Notes under the pieces: generated by a model
Told to the model about the DNA's origin: nothing
Database searches by the model: none
What the model saw: the letters and a program-made list of their open reading frames with translations, nothing else
Program-made: the position numbers and the translations under genes
Shown here: piece after piece, positions 16,507-31,480 of the stretch
How the letters are laid out: each line of letters starts with the position of its first letter
How positions within the stretch are numbered: the first letter of the stretch is position 1
Origin: the human T2T-CHM13v2.0 reference genome, Homo sapiens
Strand: one strand, 5' to 3'
Assembly: GCF_009914755.1 (NCBI RefSeq)
Contig: NC_060938.1
DNA length: 64,000 nucleotides

Positions 16507-16625
16507 TCCTTCCCTAAGAAAAAGTCTAAATAATTCAACAGAACTTCCCTTTCTTCCTTTGGGTGATGAGTCACCCTCTAATGAGTGTCACTGATATCTA
16601 ATATCACTAGGAAAAAACTCCATCT

Positions 16626-16931
<306 letters not shown>

Positions 16932-17059
16932 AAAAAATCTCTTCAATTGGAATGATTTCCTTCTGCTTATTGCTAGTCTGTTTACCAGCTGAACTAAATC
17001 AGCAACTAGTTTTAATCAATTTGCCTACTTGCTGTCCCCCTAGCAACCAAGCTCTTCTC

Positions 17060-17430
17060 TCTAGGCCTTCGCACGAGCTTTTCCTTCTGTCTGGAACTCT
17101 CTTCCCGGTGGATCTTTATGGCTCATTCCCTTGCCTTCCTCAGGTTTCTGCCCACATGTCACCTTTGCAGGGAACCTCCTTTGACTATTCTGTAAAGACA
17201 GCATGCCCCCAAGGCCTACCACTAGCTTCTATCCCCTTTGCCCCCAACTCAGTGCCACCTGAGTTATCATATATCGATTTGTTTTTTTGTCTGTGCTGGT
17301 AATTAGAATGTCCACTTCCTGAGGGCAGGACTTTTTGGTCCTTTTTGTTCCCCCACTGTATCCCCAATGCCTGAGAGTAGCAGACAGCACATAGCAAGTG
17401 CTCAGTGAATATTTGTGTAAATAAATGATC
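17060..17430. mobile_element. L2 3' relic
   Basis: CCTGAGGGCAGGACTTTTTGGTC...CACTGTATCCCCAATGCCT...GCACATAGCAAGTGCTCAGTGAATATTTG. Confidence 0.7.
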
Positions 17431-17840
17431 TCTCAGATGTAAACAATATGATTCCATATTTAAATTACTATCTCTTTGTCTATACTAAGAGAGATAGAGA
17501 ACGCCCTTTTACATCATGCCATTAACTTCCTTCTCTTACCAACAGTGTCTTCAAGGTTTCACACCGGGGAGTCACTTAGCCAATTAAGAAACTTTGACCA
17601 CTGAGATTTACATCAAGGGGTCTCCACTTTCAGAGGGCATGGACCCTTTAGAGCCTGATGCAAACTATAAAATTTCTTTGCAGAAAAATGCACACTTTTG
17701 GAACATTTTGCCTGTGATGGTGGGATGGGGACTGTGAGCATTCCCTAGCCTTCTCCTGCCTGCCCCTGGTTCTAATGTACCTGCCCTAGGGTAAGTATTT
17801 GTTGACTGAATGAATGATGTGTATGGTGAGTTCTCAGCTA

Positions 17841-18329
17841 TATACATTCCTTTACTAAGGCTGCTGACACAGATTACCACAAATTTGATGCCTTTAAACA
17901 CAGAGATTTATTATCTGACAATTCTGCTAGCCAGATGTTCAAAACCAGTGTTTCTGGGCTGAAATCAAAATGCTGGCAGGGACAAGCTTCCTCTGCAAAC
18001 TGCAGTGGGGAATCCATTCCTTGCCTCTTCCTGCTTCTGAGTGCTCCTGGCATCTTGGCTTGTGGCCACATCACTCCAGTCTCTGCCTCATGGTCACACT
18101 GCCTCCTCTTCTGTGGCAACCAAATCTCCCTCTCCCTCCCTCTTCTAAGAATACATGTGACTGCATTTAGAGCTCACCGTGAAAATCTGGTGCAATCATC
18201 TTCCCATCTCAAGATCATTAGCCTAATTACACCAGCAAAGTCATTTTTTTTAAACCATATAAGATAACATGTAAGGTTCCAGAGATTAGGGTCTGATATC
18301 TTTGGAAGCCATTATTCATCATAGTACAC
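17841..18329 (-). mobile_element. MLT1C/D-like solo LTR
   Basis: CCACAAATTTGATGCCTTTAAACACAGAGATTTATT...GGGGAATCCATTCCTTGCCTCTTCC...GGTTCCAGAGATTAGG. Confidence 0.8.
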
Positions 18330-18354
18330 CAAATAAAGAGGAAAAATGGCATAA

Positions 18355-18695
<341 letters not shown>

Positions 18696-19778
18696 TTCAC
18701 TGTGTTTTAAACCTGAGTGTGACAAAATTTCCAGAATTCACAGCATTTAAAATAAGGAAGGTAGAATGTGAAAGGCTGATTCCATCCCCATCTGGCCCCC
18801 AGCCCATACTTCTCATCCTCCATGGGCTTTGTTTAGAATTCACAGGAGGAATTTCAGGTTGCCTGGGGGGGCAAACATAAATGAGAGGGAGCAGTCAGAG
18901 TTGTTTAAATGACTCTATAACTCGAGTGTGTCCAAAACTGACAATAGGAGGGTGAGCGTGAGTTTGTCTGAATGCTCTGATGCCCAATTCCATTGCGAGT
19001 TAACAGTATGTAAAGGGTTTCCAACCTTCCCAGGACCCTGAAGGCAGCACTGAAAATAATCTACCTGCAGTAAACTTTGCTGTTGTTTAAGAGGAGAAAT
19101 GAGATTTAATGCTGTAGGCCACACCAGGAGTCCAAAAGTGTGTCCCCAGCAAATTGATGTGCACTGTGCAGAAAAACTTCTCTGCAAAGGGTGGCTGGAA
19201 TTCTGTCAGGTGTTGTCCCACACTTGGCATGTTAATTTAAATAACAAGGATAGCGTCATCAGTCCAGGAGGGTCACAAGTCCCTGTCCCTTCTTGGCAAG
19301 TTAATGTGGCCTAATGTTTGTGTAAAGTCCACCTATTCTTTTAAATAAATATACTTTACTTAGCAGGGTTTTGACCAGTGTCATATATCCTTAATTCCTT
19401 TAAGCAATAAATTAGATAACCTTTTTACCCTCTTTTCTGTCCTAGAGCAACAAACTTTTCCAGAAGGCTCACTAGCTGTAGGCACTATGAGAAACAGACC
19501 CTGCCCTTAAGGCTCTCATAGCCTGGAGCAGGAGAGGAACACACACATAGTTCATGCATGGAATGTGACTTCTGGATGCTTGGAATACTGGTTTAAAAGG
19601 CTTAAGGCTAAAGGTGACAGACAATATGTGCCCCACTTTCTAAAAAGAGCTGCAGACAAGCCCCTGAAGAATTTACTGAAACATGGCAGAGTCCATTCCA
19701 TCAGTGTTCACCTCCGTTGCCCTCCTCCAGCCTACATAAAACAAGAAATTTGCAGGAGGGTTCATGCAAGCAATGGGT

Positions 19779-20180
19779 TGTGGTAGACAGAAAAGTATCA
19801 TCCCTCTCCACAAAGATGTCCATGTTCTAGTCCCTGGAACCTGTGAATATACCATCTCACATGAAAAAAGGGACTTTGCAGATGTGATTTGCGTTAAGGA
19901 GTTTAAGATGGAGTAGCTGGGATTTTTCAGGTGGACCCAATCTAATCACATTGGCGAACCATTCCTTGTTGTTGTCAGAGAGGGGGATGTGACGACAGAA
20001 GAATGGCTGGAGAAATCCAACCCTGCTGGCTTCAGAGATGGGCCTGGTGGAGGATTCACTGTCAAGGAGTGCAGGCTCTAGAAGCTGGAAGGGCCAGGAG
20101 ATACGTTCTCCCCTAGTGCCTCCAGAAGCAACAGCCCCACTGACACCTTGATTTTAGTTCAGTAAGACCCAGGTTGAACC
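19779..20180 (+). mobile_element. MLT1D-like LTR, 3' end missing
   Basis: TGTGGTAGACAGAA...AAAGATGTCCATGTTCTAGTCCCTGGAACCTGTGAATAT...GACACCTTGATTTTAG. Confidence 0.8.
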
Positions 20181-20183
20181 CCT

Positions 20184-20756
20184 TGAGACTGCCTTTACAA
20201 AAATTATAACAGTGAGAACATTAGAAAAGTGAAAGAGATCTGACTTGACCAACTCCATCTTGCCTTTAACCTCTACATGGCCCTTGGTCATGCCTGGCTG
20301 TGGACCAAGCTAACTTTGGGAGAAATTTAGTTTATAGTTTAAATGATGTTAGCCCTTCCCAAAACTAAATGCCTTTATAAAACTAATAAAAGCCCCCAAG
20401 TTTAAGATTATAAGAGGGGACTGAATTCTGCTAAAATGTAGATGTAGTTAAATAATTGCCAGCCATTGGTCTGGAGGTCACAAGATTTGTAACTTCCCCA
20501 ATTATTCCTGTAAATAACATCACTATTGTAGAAGCCATGATTGGCCTTTTGAGATGCCTTTTCAGACTTTCGCATTTCTGATGGACTGAATAACTCCACC
20601 CAGACCCGAGACTCAAGACTCAACCTCTCAACCAGTCCTGTGGTCCCACTCAGAAGTGGGCTCAGTGCACGAGGACCATTTTCCACCCCGCTATGATTGC
20701 ATCCCTAACCAGTCAGTAACACCCATTCCCTAGCCCTCTGCCCACCAAACTATTCT
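20184..20756 (+). mobile_element. LTR8/LTR8A-like ERV1 LTR, 3'-truncated
   Basis: TGAGACTGCCTTTACAAAAATTATAAC...GTGAAAGAGATCTGACTTGACCAACTCCATCTTGC...CTAACTTTGGGAGAAATTTAGTTTATAGTTT. Confidence 0.8.
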
Positions 20757-21177
20757 ACTGTAAGTCAGAGAGAGGATGTCTCAGCCTGGTGCACCGTACA
20801 TAGCTGGAGCTGGCTCCAGAACTTCCACAAGAGTCTTTTGAGGATGGGCTTGCCACGTAGATCACTAGAGTGCCAACTCTGCAAGACACTGATGCTGTCC
20901 TTCGAATCCCCTCTCCCCTTCCCAACTCTGGAGAACCTAGCTAGGGAAAGAGAAGGAGCAGAAGATCAACTGGGAGGAAGAATGAGCTGGGCCCTGTTCC
21001 CATCCCCACAGTATCCCCAAACCACTGGCAAGCCTGAACTGGGAGAGGAGATTCATGGAGCTGGACTGATTGAGGTTTTGTTCTATACTGGACTGGCCTT
21101 CTTACTACCCCCTAAATAAAGCTGTTCTCCTCACTGGAAGTGAATGAAAATCTGTGGCTCTGCATGAAATGTAGTTA

Positions 21178-21739
<562 letters not shown>

Positions 21740-23398
21740 CCAAAAATGCCAAGAAAAAGATACAAAAATTGGGGGATATTTCAAATATATGCATTTAGCA
21801 AATTAATGATTTTTAGTTAAAAATACAGTCCAATGTGATTGTGTCAGTCATCATGGAGTCAGTTTATCACTTTAAAATAACTACAAGTGTATGATGCAGT
21901 GTGGTCAGTGTAATCGAGTAATGAGACACATTCAAAGGCAAATGATGAAACTTCTTGCTTTTCAGTGCAGTCAGTGTATTATCCTTGTGTGTGTATGTGT
22001 AGACACACACCATTCTGATGACCTCAAAAGTTCAGATTTAAGAAGGTGTGGCCCCGGTCAAATGATCCTTCTGCCCCTAACCCCCATGTCTCCGTGACTG
22101 GCCATAGGAGGTATAGGGGAGTTAAGGGAAATGTTCCAAGACAGTGACATCTGAACTAGGTCTTGAAAGATCAGGATGACTCCTCCAGGTAAGAAAGGGC
22201 ATTCTGAGCCCAAAGAGCCACGCTGCAAAGACACAGATGCTTGAGAGAGCCTGGCACATTGGCAGAGCTGTGCCAGGCTCTCTCAAGCATCTGTGTCATT
22301 GTAAAATTATTTACAGCCGGGCGTGTTACAGGGCTGCAGAGTGCAGAAGGTGATGAGAGAAGCAATGAAGACATAAACGGCCCCAGATGGCAAAGGGCCT
22401 TGACTGTTGAGCTGGGGCTTCATCTTGATCCTGAGGACCCCAGGGAGCCAAGCAGCTTTTGAAGCAGGATGAGATCAGTTTTGGAAGGTGACTCTGAGGG
22501 TGGCACAGAGGACGATGGGAGAGAGGTGAGGTCAGACCCAACAGAATGTGGCCTGGAGAGGAGCAGCCAGAGGGGAGAGAGATTTCTGAGGTGGGATCGG
22601 TCAGGACATGGTAGCCAGATTCTGCTTAGGGACAAAGCAGGGTCAAGTGCGACCAGAAGCTGCCATTTAGGAGCCCGAGAAACACTATAGACCAAGACCT
22701 GGACGAAATCCATATGGGTAGATGATGAATTTGCTTTTAGATGTTTTAGATGTTTATATTCCATGTGAGTTACCTGCCGAGAACATCCATTGAGGAGGTC
22801 CCCAGATCCCTAGTCCCTTCCTGTGTCTTGAAATTCCACGACCTCAGGGGCCCGTGGAAGTCAATGGTTTTCTACTCTACTTGGTTCTAGTGAGGGGTGA
22901 GCCTGGATGGGAGATGGCAGCGGGGAGGAAAAAGAAACAGACCTGGGCTGCTTTTCTCCTAAACCATTTGAAGTATAGCCCAATTTCATTTATTCTCAAG
23001 GACCACTCTGTTTAATCTATAAGAAAAAATTGTGTGTGTATATATAAATAAATTGTATATGTATGTATGCATGTAAAATAAGATACATATGTATATCTTC
23101 TGAAATGATTATACCCCTAGTTCTTTAACAATTAACAATAATCTTGGTACCAGGCTCAAGACACTCTCCTGACTACCATGGCTCAGAAGGCACAGGTGGT
23201 AGATAGTCAAGAGTCCAACTCACCACCTCCATTTATATCGTATAAATCTGTCTATAACCCGACGGGGGGAGAGGGTCACCAACATGTTAAGGATGATTAT
23301 CTGGATGGCAGAATTTCAGGTTGTTTTCATTTTCTCTTTAATATTTTACATACAATTGTAATTTTTGTTATAAAAATATTTTTCCTTTAAAAAAGGTA

Positions 23399-23600
23399 AG
23401 CAGCCTGGGCAAAAGCGTGAGACTCTATCTCTACAAAAAATTTAAAAATGAGCCCAGCATATTGGTGCATGCCTTTAGTCCCAGCTCCTTGGGAGGCTGA
23501 AGTGGGAGGATCACTTAAGCCCAAAAGTTTGAGGCTGCAGCCATCTTGCCACTGTACTCCAGCTTGGGTGAGAGAGCAAGACTCCAACTCAATATAAAGG
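23399..23600 (+). mobile_element. 5'-truncated AluJ
   Basis: Begins AGCAGCCTGGGCAAAAGCGTGAGACTC; part of the segment duplicated at 26747-27064. Confidence 0.85.
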
Positions 23601-24045
23601 AAGAAGGGGGATCAGCCTTACCTTTATGTTACCAGTGGGAATTTCAGCAGGCAACTTAGCTGTACCAGAAGCTGTAAGATAAACCTTTCATTTGAACCGA
23701 CAAGTTTACTCCCAAGAATGCATCCTAAAGAAATACTCTGCATTCCACTACAACCCAATAATCACATTCCCAAACTTACAAAAATGGCCTAATTAAATTA
23801 AGGAGTTGTTTTGATGATTTATATATTTTGAAAAAGGAGTTGGGTAGATAGTAAAAGGTTTCACATTCACAGTAAAAAGCGATTTCTTTTTCCTGCAGGA
23901 ATTTTGTTAATAAAGTATATCTTAACTATATGTGCATTTCTATTATTGCAAAATAAATCAATTGACCTAAATTGACCACAGAATCTGAAATCACAGATCA
24001 AATCTGAAAAAAATACAGGTGATCAAAATAACTGCATTTCTAGGC

Positions 24046-24225
24046 CAGTGGTGCGCCAACCTGGCTGCACGTTAGAACCACTGGGAAGCTTTGTAAAAAT
24101 ACTGATGTGGAGCTCCGCCCTCAGGGATTCTGATTTAGCTGATCTGGAGCAGGGCTGGACAGCAGTATTTTTAAAACACATCTCTAGATGATTCTAACGT
24201 GTAGCTGGAGTTGAAAACCCCCAGA
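24046..24225. mobile_element. MER5-family hAT MITE
   Basis: CAGTGGTG...CCTGGCTGCACGTTAGAACCAC...GATTCTGATTTA...GATGATTCTAACGTG...TTGAAAACC. Confidence 0.75.
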
Positions 24226-24832
24226 CCATTGGCCACACAGCATATAATTCGTAACTGTTTTAAAAAATGCAATGCTAACTGAGCAACCAGTACTCAAAGG
24301 CACTGTTTCTATGCTGCCATTCAACACGTTCCCTTTTACTTTTCTTTGAAGTATAGCATCCATATAGAAACATGCACGTATTATAAGCAGATAGCTCAAT
24401 GCATTTTTACCAACTGGACATATCCGTATCACCAGCACCCAGATCAAAAAAGACACCCTTACCAGCACCCGGCACACTCTTGGTTCATTTCAATTGTTCA
24501 ATAGTTTCCCCTCCTTTCATGTTTGGTGTTGATTCTTATTAAGTAACTGAGTTGTAAACAATAGTAATCCTTATAATGCAAATAAGTTTCCTTAATTCAT
24601 CGATCACATCCTAGCTAATTTGAATTACGAAAACTTGTATAGGAGAAATAATTATGGACATGCATTTAGCCGCAAGAAGTTTACTAAATATCTAATCGCA
24701 GGATCCAGTTAAATAAATTAGCTAATGTTCATATGAAACTGTCTGGTTTGTATGCTATGGCATAAATAAGATAGGAAAATGGGAGTCCTTCCACAAAAAA
24801 AGACTTTATTCTATCAGAACCCTAGAATAGCA

Positions 24833-25260
24833 TTGTTAATGGGCTAACTTGTGCCCTCTCCCCACCCATCCGCTGCTCGACAAATTCATACATTGAAGCC
24901 TCAGCCCCCAGTACCTAAGAATGGGACTGCATTTGGAGACTAACAGGGCCTTTAAAGAGGTGATTAAGTTAAAATGCAGTCAGTAGTGTAGGCCCCAGTG
25001 CAATATGACTGGGATCCTTATAAGAAGAGGACATGAGGCCACAGACACACACAGTGGAAGATCGTGTGAAGATAGAGAAGTCGCCATCTGCAAGCCAAGG
25101 AAAGAAACCTCAGAAGAAATGAACTTTATCAACACTTTGATCTCAGACAGCTAATCTCCAGAATCGTGAGAAAGTGATTTCTGTTGTGAAAGCCACTCAG
25201 CTGTGAAATACCAAACACCAGTCTGTGGTATTTGTTCTGCAGCCCTAGCAAACCAATGCA
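24833..25260 (+). mobile_element. MLT1A-like solo LTR
   Basis: AAATTCATACATTGAAGCC...GGGCCTTTAAAGAGGTGATTAAGTTAAAATG...GCAGCCCTAGCAAACCAATGCA. Confidence 0.85.
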
Positions 25261-25774
25261 AGCACCAAGACTACTAGTAGCAGGTGGAGGAAGAGCTGGA
25301 CCATGCGAGGGTGACCAGACTAGTACGGGCTTCTGATGAACGGAGACTCCCAAAGGAGCCTCAGAGGTGGGAGGAGCCGGGCAGGGCCCCAGTTGTCTGT
25401 GGCCACCAGAGTAGAGAGGAAACCTCACGTTCGCAACACAAACCCCTCACATACACCTCTCCCTTGGCCCACACGGGCAGTAGAGCCAGGTTCTTCTACC
25501 CAGCACCTGCATGCCCAGTCAAACGCACAGGGATTCCCACAGGATCTGAGGAGTCCATTCCAGCCAGAGTAATCTGGACCAGTAGGTGGCCAAGATTCAC
25601 CAAAAGTTTTAGAAAAACAGAAAAGGAAAAGGAAAGCACCAACTCCACCTCCAGAGAAATTTACATCTGAAGAAACAGAATTCTTACAATGGGGAAGCAG
25701 AGGGAGAAACACTTTACAATAAATGTAATTAGTATTGTCAAACACATTTGAAACAGTAGCATATCCAGATAGAT

Positions 25775-25777
25775 GAG

Positions 25778-25828
<51 letters not shown>
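25775..25828. repeat. (GA)n microsatellite
   Basis: Direct reading. Confidence 0.95.
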
Positions 25829-25831
<3 letters not shown>

Positions 25832-26505
25832 ACAGAGCCTCTATAAAAAGTCGTACTCAGAGTTCTTGAAAACTAACATTATGAATAATAAAATTGAAAG
25901 CCCTATAGAAGATACAATTTCCATCCATCAGATTGCCCAAGTGAAAAAGTTTGATAATATCTAGTCTTGGTGAAGTTGTGGGAGCCACAGATTCTCAAAC
26001 ACTGTTGGTTTGACATAACGACAGTTTGTTTATGCTCAAATATTATGTACATAATAAATTTATTAGAAAAACAAGTTTTTCTAATAAATTTATTAGTTTT
26101 TCTAATAATTTATTACAAAAACTGTTAAGCTTTTTCTAATCAGTTTATTATGTGCATATGATTTGACTCAGCAATTCCCCAGGTATAAGCCTCAGAGAAA
26201 CTCTCACACAAGCACAAATACACATTGTGTTCTCTGCTGTACAGCTTCTAATAACAGAAAACCTAGAAGCAACTTTGATGTCCATCATTCGTAGGGTGGA
26301 TACATTCATTGCACATATTCCTACAAAGCTCTATTATTTACTTAGATTGTTGCATATCTCGTTCATTTAAATGAAGAAAGACCATGTTTATTTAAATCAA
26401 CCAGATATGCAACAATCTAAGTAAATTTCCCAAAACATATTGTTGAGTGAAAAAGCTAGCTTAAGAAAAGTAAATTCAATATTTACTTAAAATATTTTTA
26501 TCTTA

Positions 26506-27165
<660 letters not shown>

Positions 27166-27184
27166 AGACCAGAGGATGGTGGAA

Positions 27185-27204
27185 TATATCTATATCTATA
27201 TCTA

Positions 27205-27252
<48 letters not shown>

Positions 27253-27360
27253 ATCTATCTATATGTATATATATCTATATATGTATATACGTATATATAT
27301 GTGCATATATGTATATATGTGTATGTGTGTGTATACACACACACACACACACACACACAT
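27185..27360. repeat. Compound STR (TATATC)n-(TATC)n-(TA/TG)n-(CA)n
   Basis: Direct reading. Confidence 0.95.
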
Positions 27361-27580
27361 ATTTTTATAGCCAAAATAAATGGAAAAGTGTGCATAATGT
27401 TGATGATAGCAATTCCTTTGGGGACAATGGGCAAAAAGTAGTAGCAAAGTGAACAAAAGGGACTGCAATTTTATCAGTAATATTTTATTTATTTTATTAA
27501 AATGGAACCAAAGCAAATGTGACAAAATGTTAATGCTAATTATTTCTCAGTAATGGGTACATGGGTGTTTGCTATGTTAT

Positions 27581-27938
27581 TGATATGGTTTGGCTCTGTG
27601 TCCCCAATCAAATCTCATCTCAAATTGTAATCCCCACGTGTCAGAGGAGGGGCCTGGTGGGAGATGACTGGATCATGGGGGCAGATTTCTCCCTTGCTAT
27701 TCTCACGGTAGTGAGTGAGTTCTCACAAGAGCTAATGGTTTTAAAGTGTAGCACTTCCCCCCAGCTAGCTCTCCCTCCTGCTGCCATGTGAAGATCCTTG
27801 CTTCCCCTTCTGCCATGATTGTAAGTTTCCTGAGGCCTTCCCAGTCATGCAGAACTGTAAGTCAATTAAAACTTCCTTCTTCATAAATTACCCAGTCTTA
27901 GGTAATTCTTTACAGCAAGGTGAAAACGGACTTATACA
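27581..27938 (+). mobile_element. MSTA-like MaLR solo LTR
   Basis: TGATATGGTTTGGCTCTGTGTCCCC...GATTGTAAGTTTCCTGAGGCC...AAACGGACTTATACA. Confidence 0.88.
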
Positions 27939-29130
27939 GTTGCTTCTGTAATTTGCCATGGTTTATAACTTTTTCCAAGTGAAGAAAACCCTAAAATAGA
28001 TGGATTGATTATAAAATGCATAGAACTGGAGAGTACTTTAATAAACTGGAATACTGAGGCAAGTGATCCACCTTGAACACAGTGCGAAATTCCGGAAGTT
28101 GAAATGTGAAAGATAAAAACCTGAACACAAAAAAACAGAACAAGAAGTTTCAACCTCTGTCTCAAACTATATCCAGAAGGTGAATGGATAGAGAAAATAA
28201 TCATACGAATTATACAAAACACTTTCAAAGCTAAAAGAAAGTCTGAATTCTTCATATAAAAGGGCCCATGAAATACTGAAAAGAAATGTGGGAGCAAGTG
28301 AGGGGTATTTGGGAAAAGACATATTGATGAAATAAAAAATAAAAATAAGGAATAAGGGAGAGATTAAAGAAAAAAATTCAAAGAGAAATAAAATACCCCT
28401 AGTTTAACTTCAAAGGAAGAAGAAATAAATGGACATTGAACTTCTCAAATGCAATGAATATAAAATTATATAAAACATGGTATCACCAAGTTCTGCAGAA
28501 AAAATTAATTTCTAATCTAGAATTTTGTACTTAGACAAAAAGTGATTTAAGTACAAAATAGAAATTATTCCTAGATGGACAAGAACTCAGAAAATTTCTC
28601 TCCATGAAGTCTTTTTGAAAGATTCTCTAGAGGCTATACTCCAACAATACGAAAAATGAGCTGAAGAAAGGGAAATATCAAACAGTGTTGCGCAAAGAAA
28701 CTAGTAAAATTTGAGCCCAAAGTGTTACTGAAAATATGGCTATAAAGCTTAATGCATTGTTAAGAAAGAATTCCATCTGTTAAATTCCAGATTTCAACAA
28801 AACTTGGGAGTGGGTAGAGGCAGTTGGTGCATGGAGAGGGAAGAAAGACATGATAAAGCGTCAGGATAGTAATATGTACTGATTAATTCTCAGCATTGAT
28901 AGAAACATATCTTTAAATGTGTTGAGTAAAATGTTTAAATACATGCTTAAAGAAGGAATAAAAACAGAAAGAATATTTTTCAAACCACTAATGGCTAAAA
29001 AGAAAACAGTCAACCAAGCTAAAGAAGAAACAGTAAAGGAAACAAGGAAACGTAATAAAAAACAACAAAACAGGATGGCAGGACTATGACCAAATGTATC
29101 AGTAATACAGCCATAACAGGGAGAGATTTT

Positions 29131-29226
29131 TCGCTTGAACCCGGAAGGCGGAGGTTGCAACTAGCCAAGATAGTGCCACTGCACTCCAGCCTGGGTGACA
29201 CAGTGACACTCCGTCTCAAAAAAAAA
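29131..29226 (+). mobile_element. 5'-truncated Alu (right-arm end)
   Basis: TCGCTTGAACCCGG...CCGTCTCAAAA flanked by TSD-like GGGAGAGATTTTT/GGGAGATATTTTT. Confidence 0.9.
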
Positions 29227-29595
29227 GGGGGAGATATTTTTAAAAATTTAGTTATATGGTATTTATAAGAGTCCTACCTAAAATGAAAGGATAAGAACAG
29301 CTTGAAAGTAAAGAATAGGAAAATATATATAGGAAAATACTAACCAAAAGAAAATAGATGTGATAGTATTAGATCAGATACTAACTAAACAGAAAGAGTT
29401 ACAGCAATAAAAGGTCCAACTCACTGAGACGTTACAAAAGTCTTAAGCCTTTCTGCACCTTAATAATATAGTGTTAAAACATAGAAGGGAGTAAAACCAA
29501 CAAATAAGGATAAAAGAACTCACAATACATCCTCTGATTGCAACTAGAATTAATAACTAAGGCAACCTAAGAAATCTAATCACTTAGATAATTAA

Positions 29596-29864
<269 letters not shown>

Positions 29865-30289
29865 CTAGAAAATTAAAAACACTCTTCTAAATATCTCTCA
29901 GGGATTTCAGAAAAAGAAGTCAAGACTGAATATACCAAATGTGAAATAAATAAAAATCAGACAGTACATAATAAAACCTAAGGCATGTAGTCAAACCAGC
30001 ATCCAAAGGAAAATTTAGTTTCAAATTAATTTGCAAATAAATTAGTGTCATTTGATTGCAGAAACTAGAAACAAGGACAATAAAATAAATCTAAAGAAAG
30101 TCTAAGGGAGGAATTACTAAAAGTAAAATTAGAGGTTAAAAAATAGAATGTAACAAAAAGTATACTTGATTAATAAAGGCAAATTCCAGTTCTTCAAATA
30201 TAAGCAAACATACAGATACGATGTTCTACCTAGAAAACCCAAGACAATTGACTGGAAAACTCCTAGTTATAATACAAATCGATAAGCTA

Positions 30290-30598
30290 GGTTGGGTGCA
30301 GTGGCTCACTCCTGTAATCCCAGCACTTTGGGAGGCCAAGGTGGGTGGATTACCAGAGGTTGGGAGTTCAAGACCAGCCTGACCAACATGGTGAAACCCC
30401 ATCTCTACTAAAAATAGAAAAAATTAGCCAGTCATGTGGCTGGTGCCTGTAATACCAGCTATTCAAGAGGCTGAGGCAGGAGAACCACTTCAGCCTGGGA
30501 AGGGGAGGTTGCAGTGAGCCCAGATCACGCCACTGCACTCTAGCCTGGGCAACAAGAGTGAAACTCTGTCTTAAAAAAAAAAAAAAGAAGAAGAAGAA
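30290..30598 (+). mobile_element. AluSq/Sp-like
   Basis: Full dimer; GGGCAACAAGAGTGAAACTC. Confidence 0.93.
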
Positions 30599-31029
30599 GT
30601 CAATAAGATAGTAAGATACAAGGTGAACATATAAAAGAGCTAGCTTCCCCTTACTGTAGCAATAACTAATTAGAAAATATATTGAAAAAATCCTATTAAC
30701 AATAATGAAAAATATTATAAAATACCTAGTCATAACTTTAAAAAACCATGCAAAGCCTATATGGAGGAAAACACTAAAACATTTAGTGTGGAAGACTAAA
30801 TAAATGGAGAGACATCCTATTTTTCCACGTTATGTACTCAATATTGTAGAGATATCAGTTCCCTTCATAAAAATCAAATAACTTAGTTCAATGTCAATTT
30901 TCATGGAATTTAACAGACTGATTCTAAATTTCATTTAGTGAAGTAAAAGAACAAAACACTCAGATTTACTAAACACCCTACCAGACATTAAAAACTATTA
31001 AAAGGTAACATTACTAAATAATGCTGTTA

Positions 31030-31480
<451 letters not shown>

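Noticed and set aside
16561-16576. GGGTGATGAGTCACCC mini-palindrome with AP-1 site; also TGACTCA at ~50875
   Set aside because: Short motifs expected by chance in 64 kb; no supporting context
26041-26426. Palindromes considered as CRISPR repeats or terminators
   Set aside because: Eukaryotic context; no repeat-spacer periodicity and no associated genes
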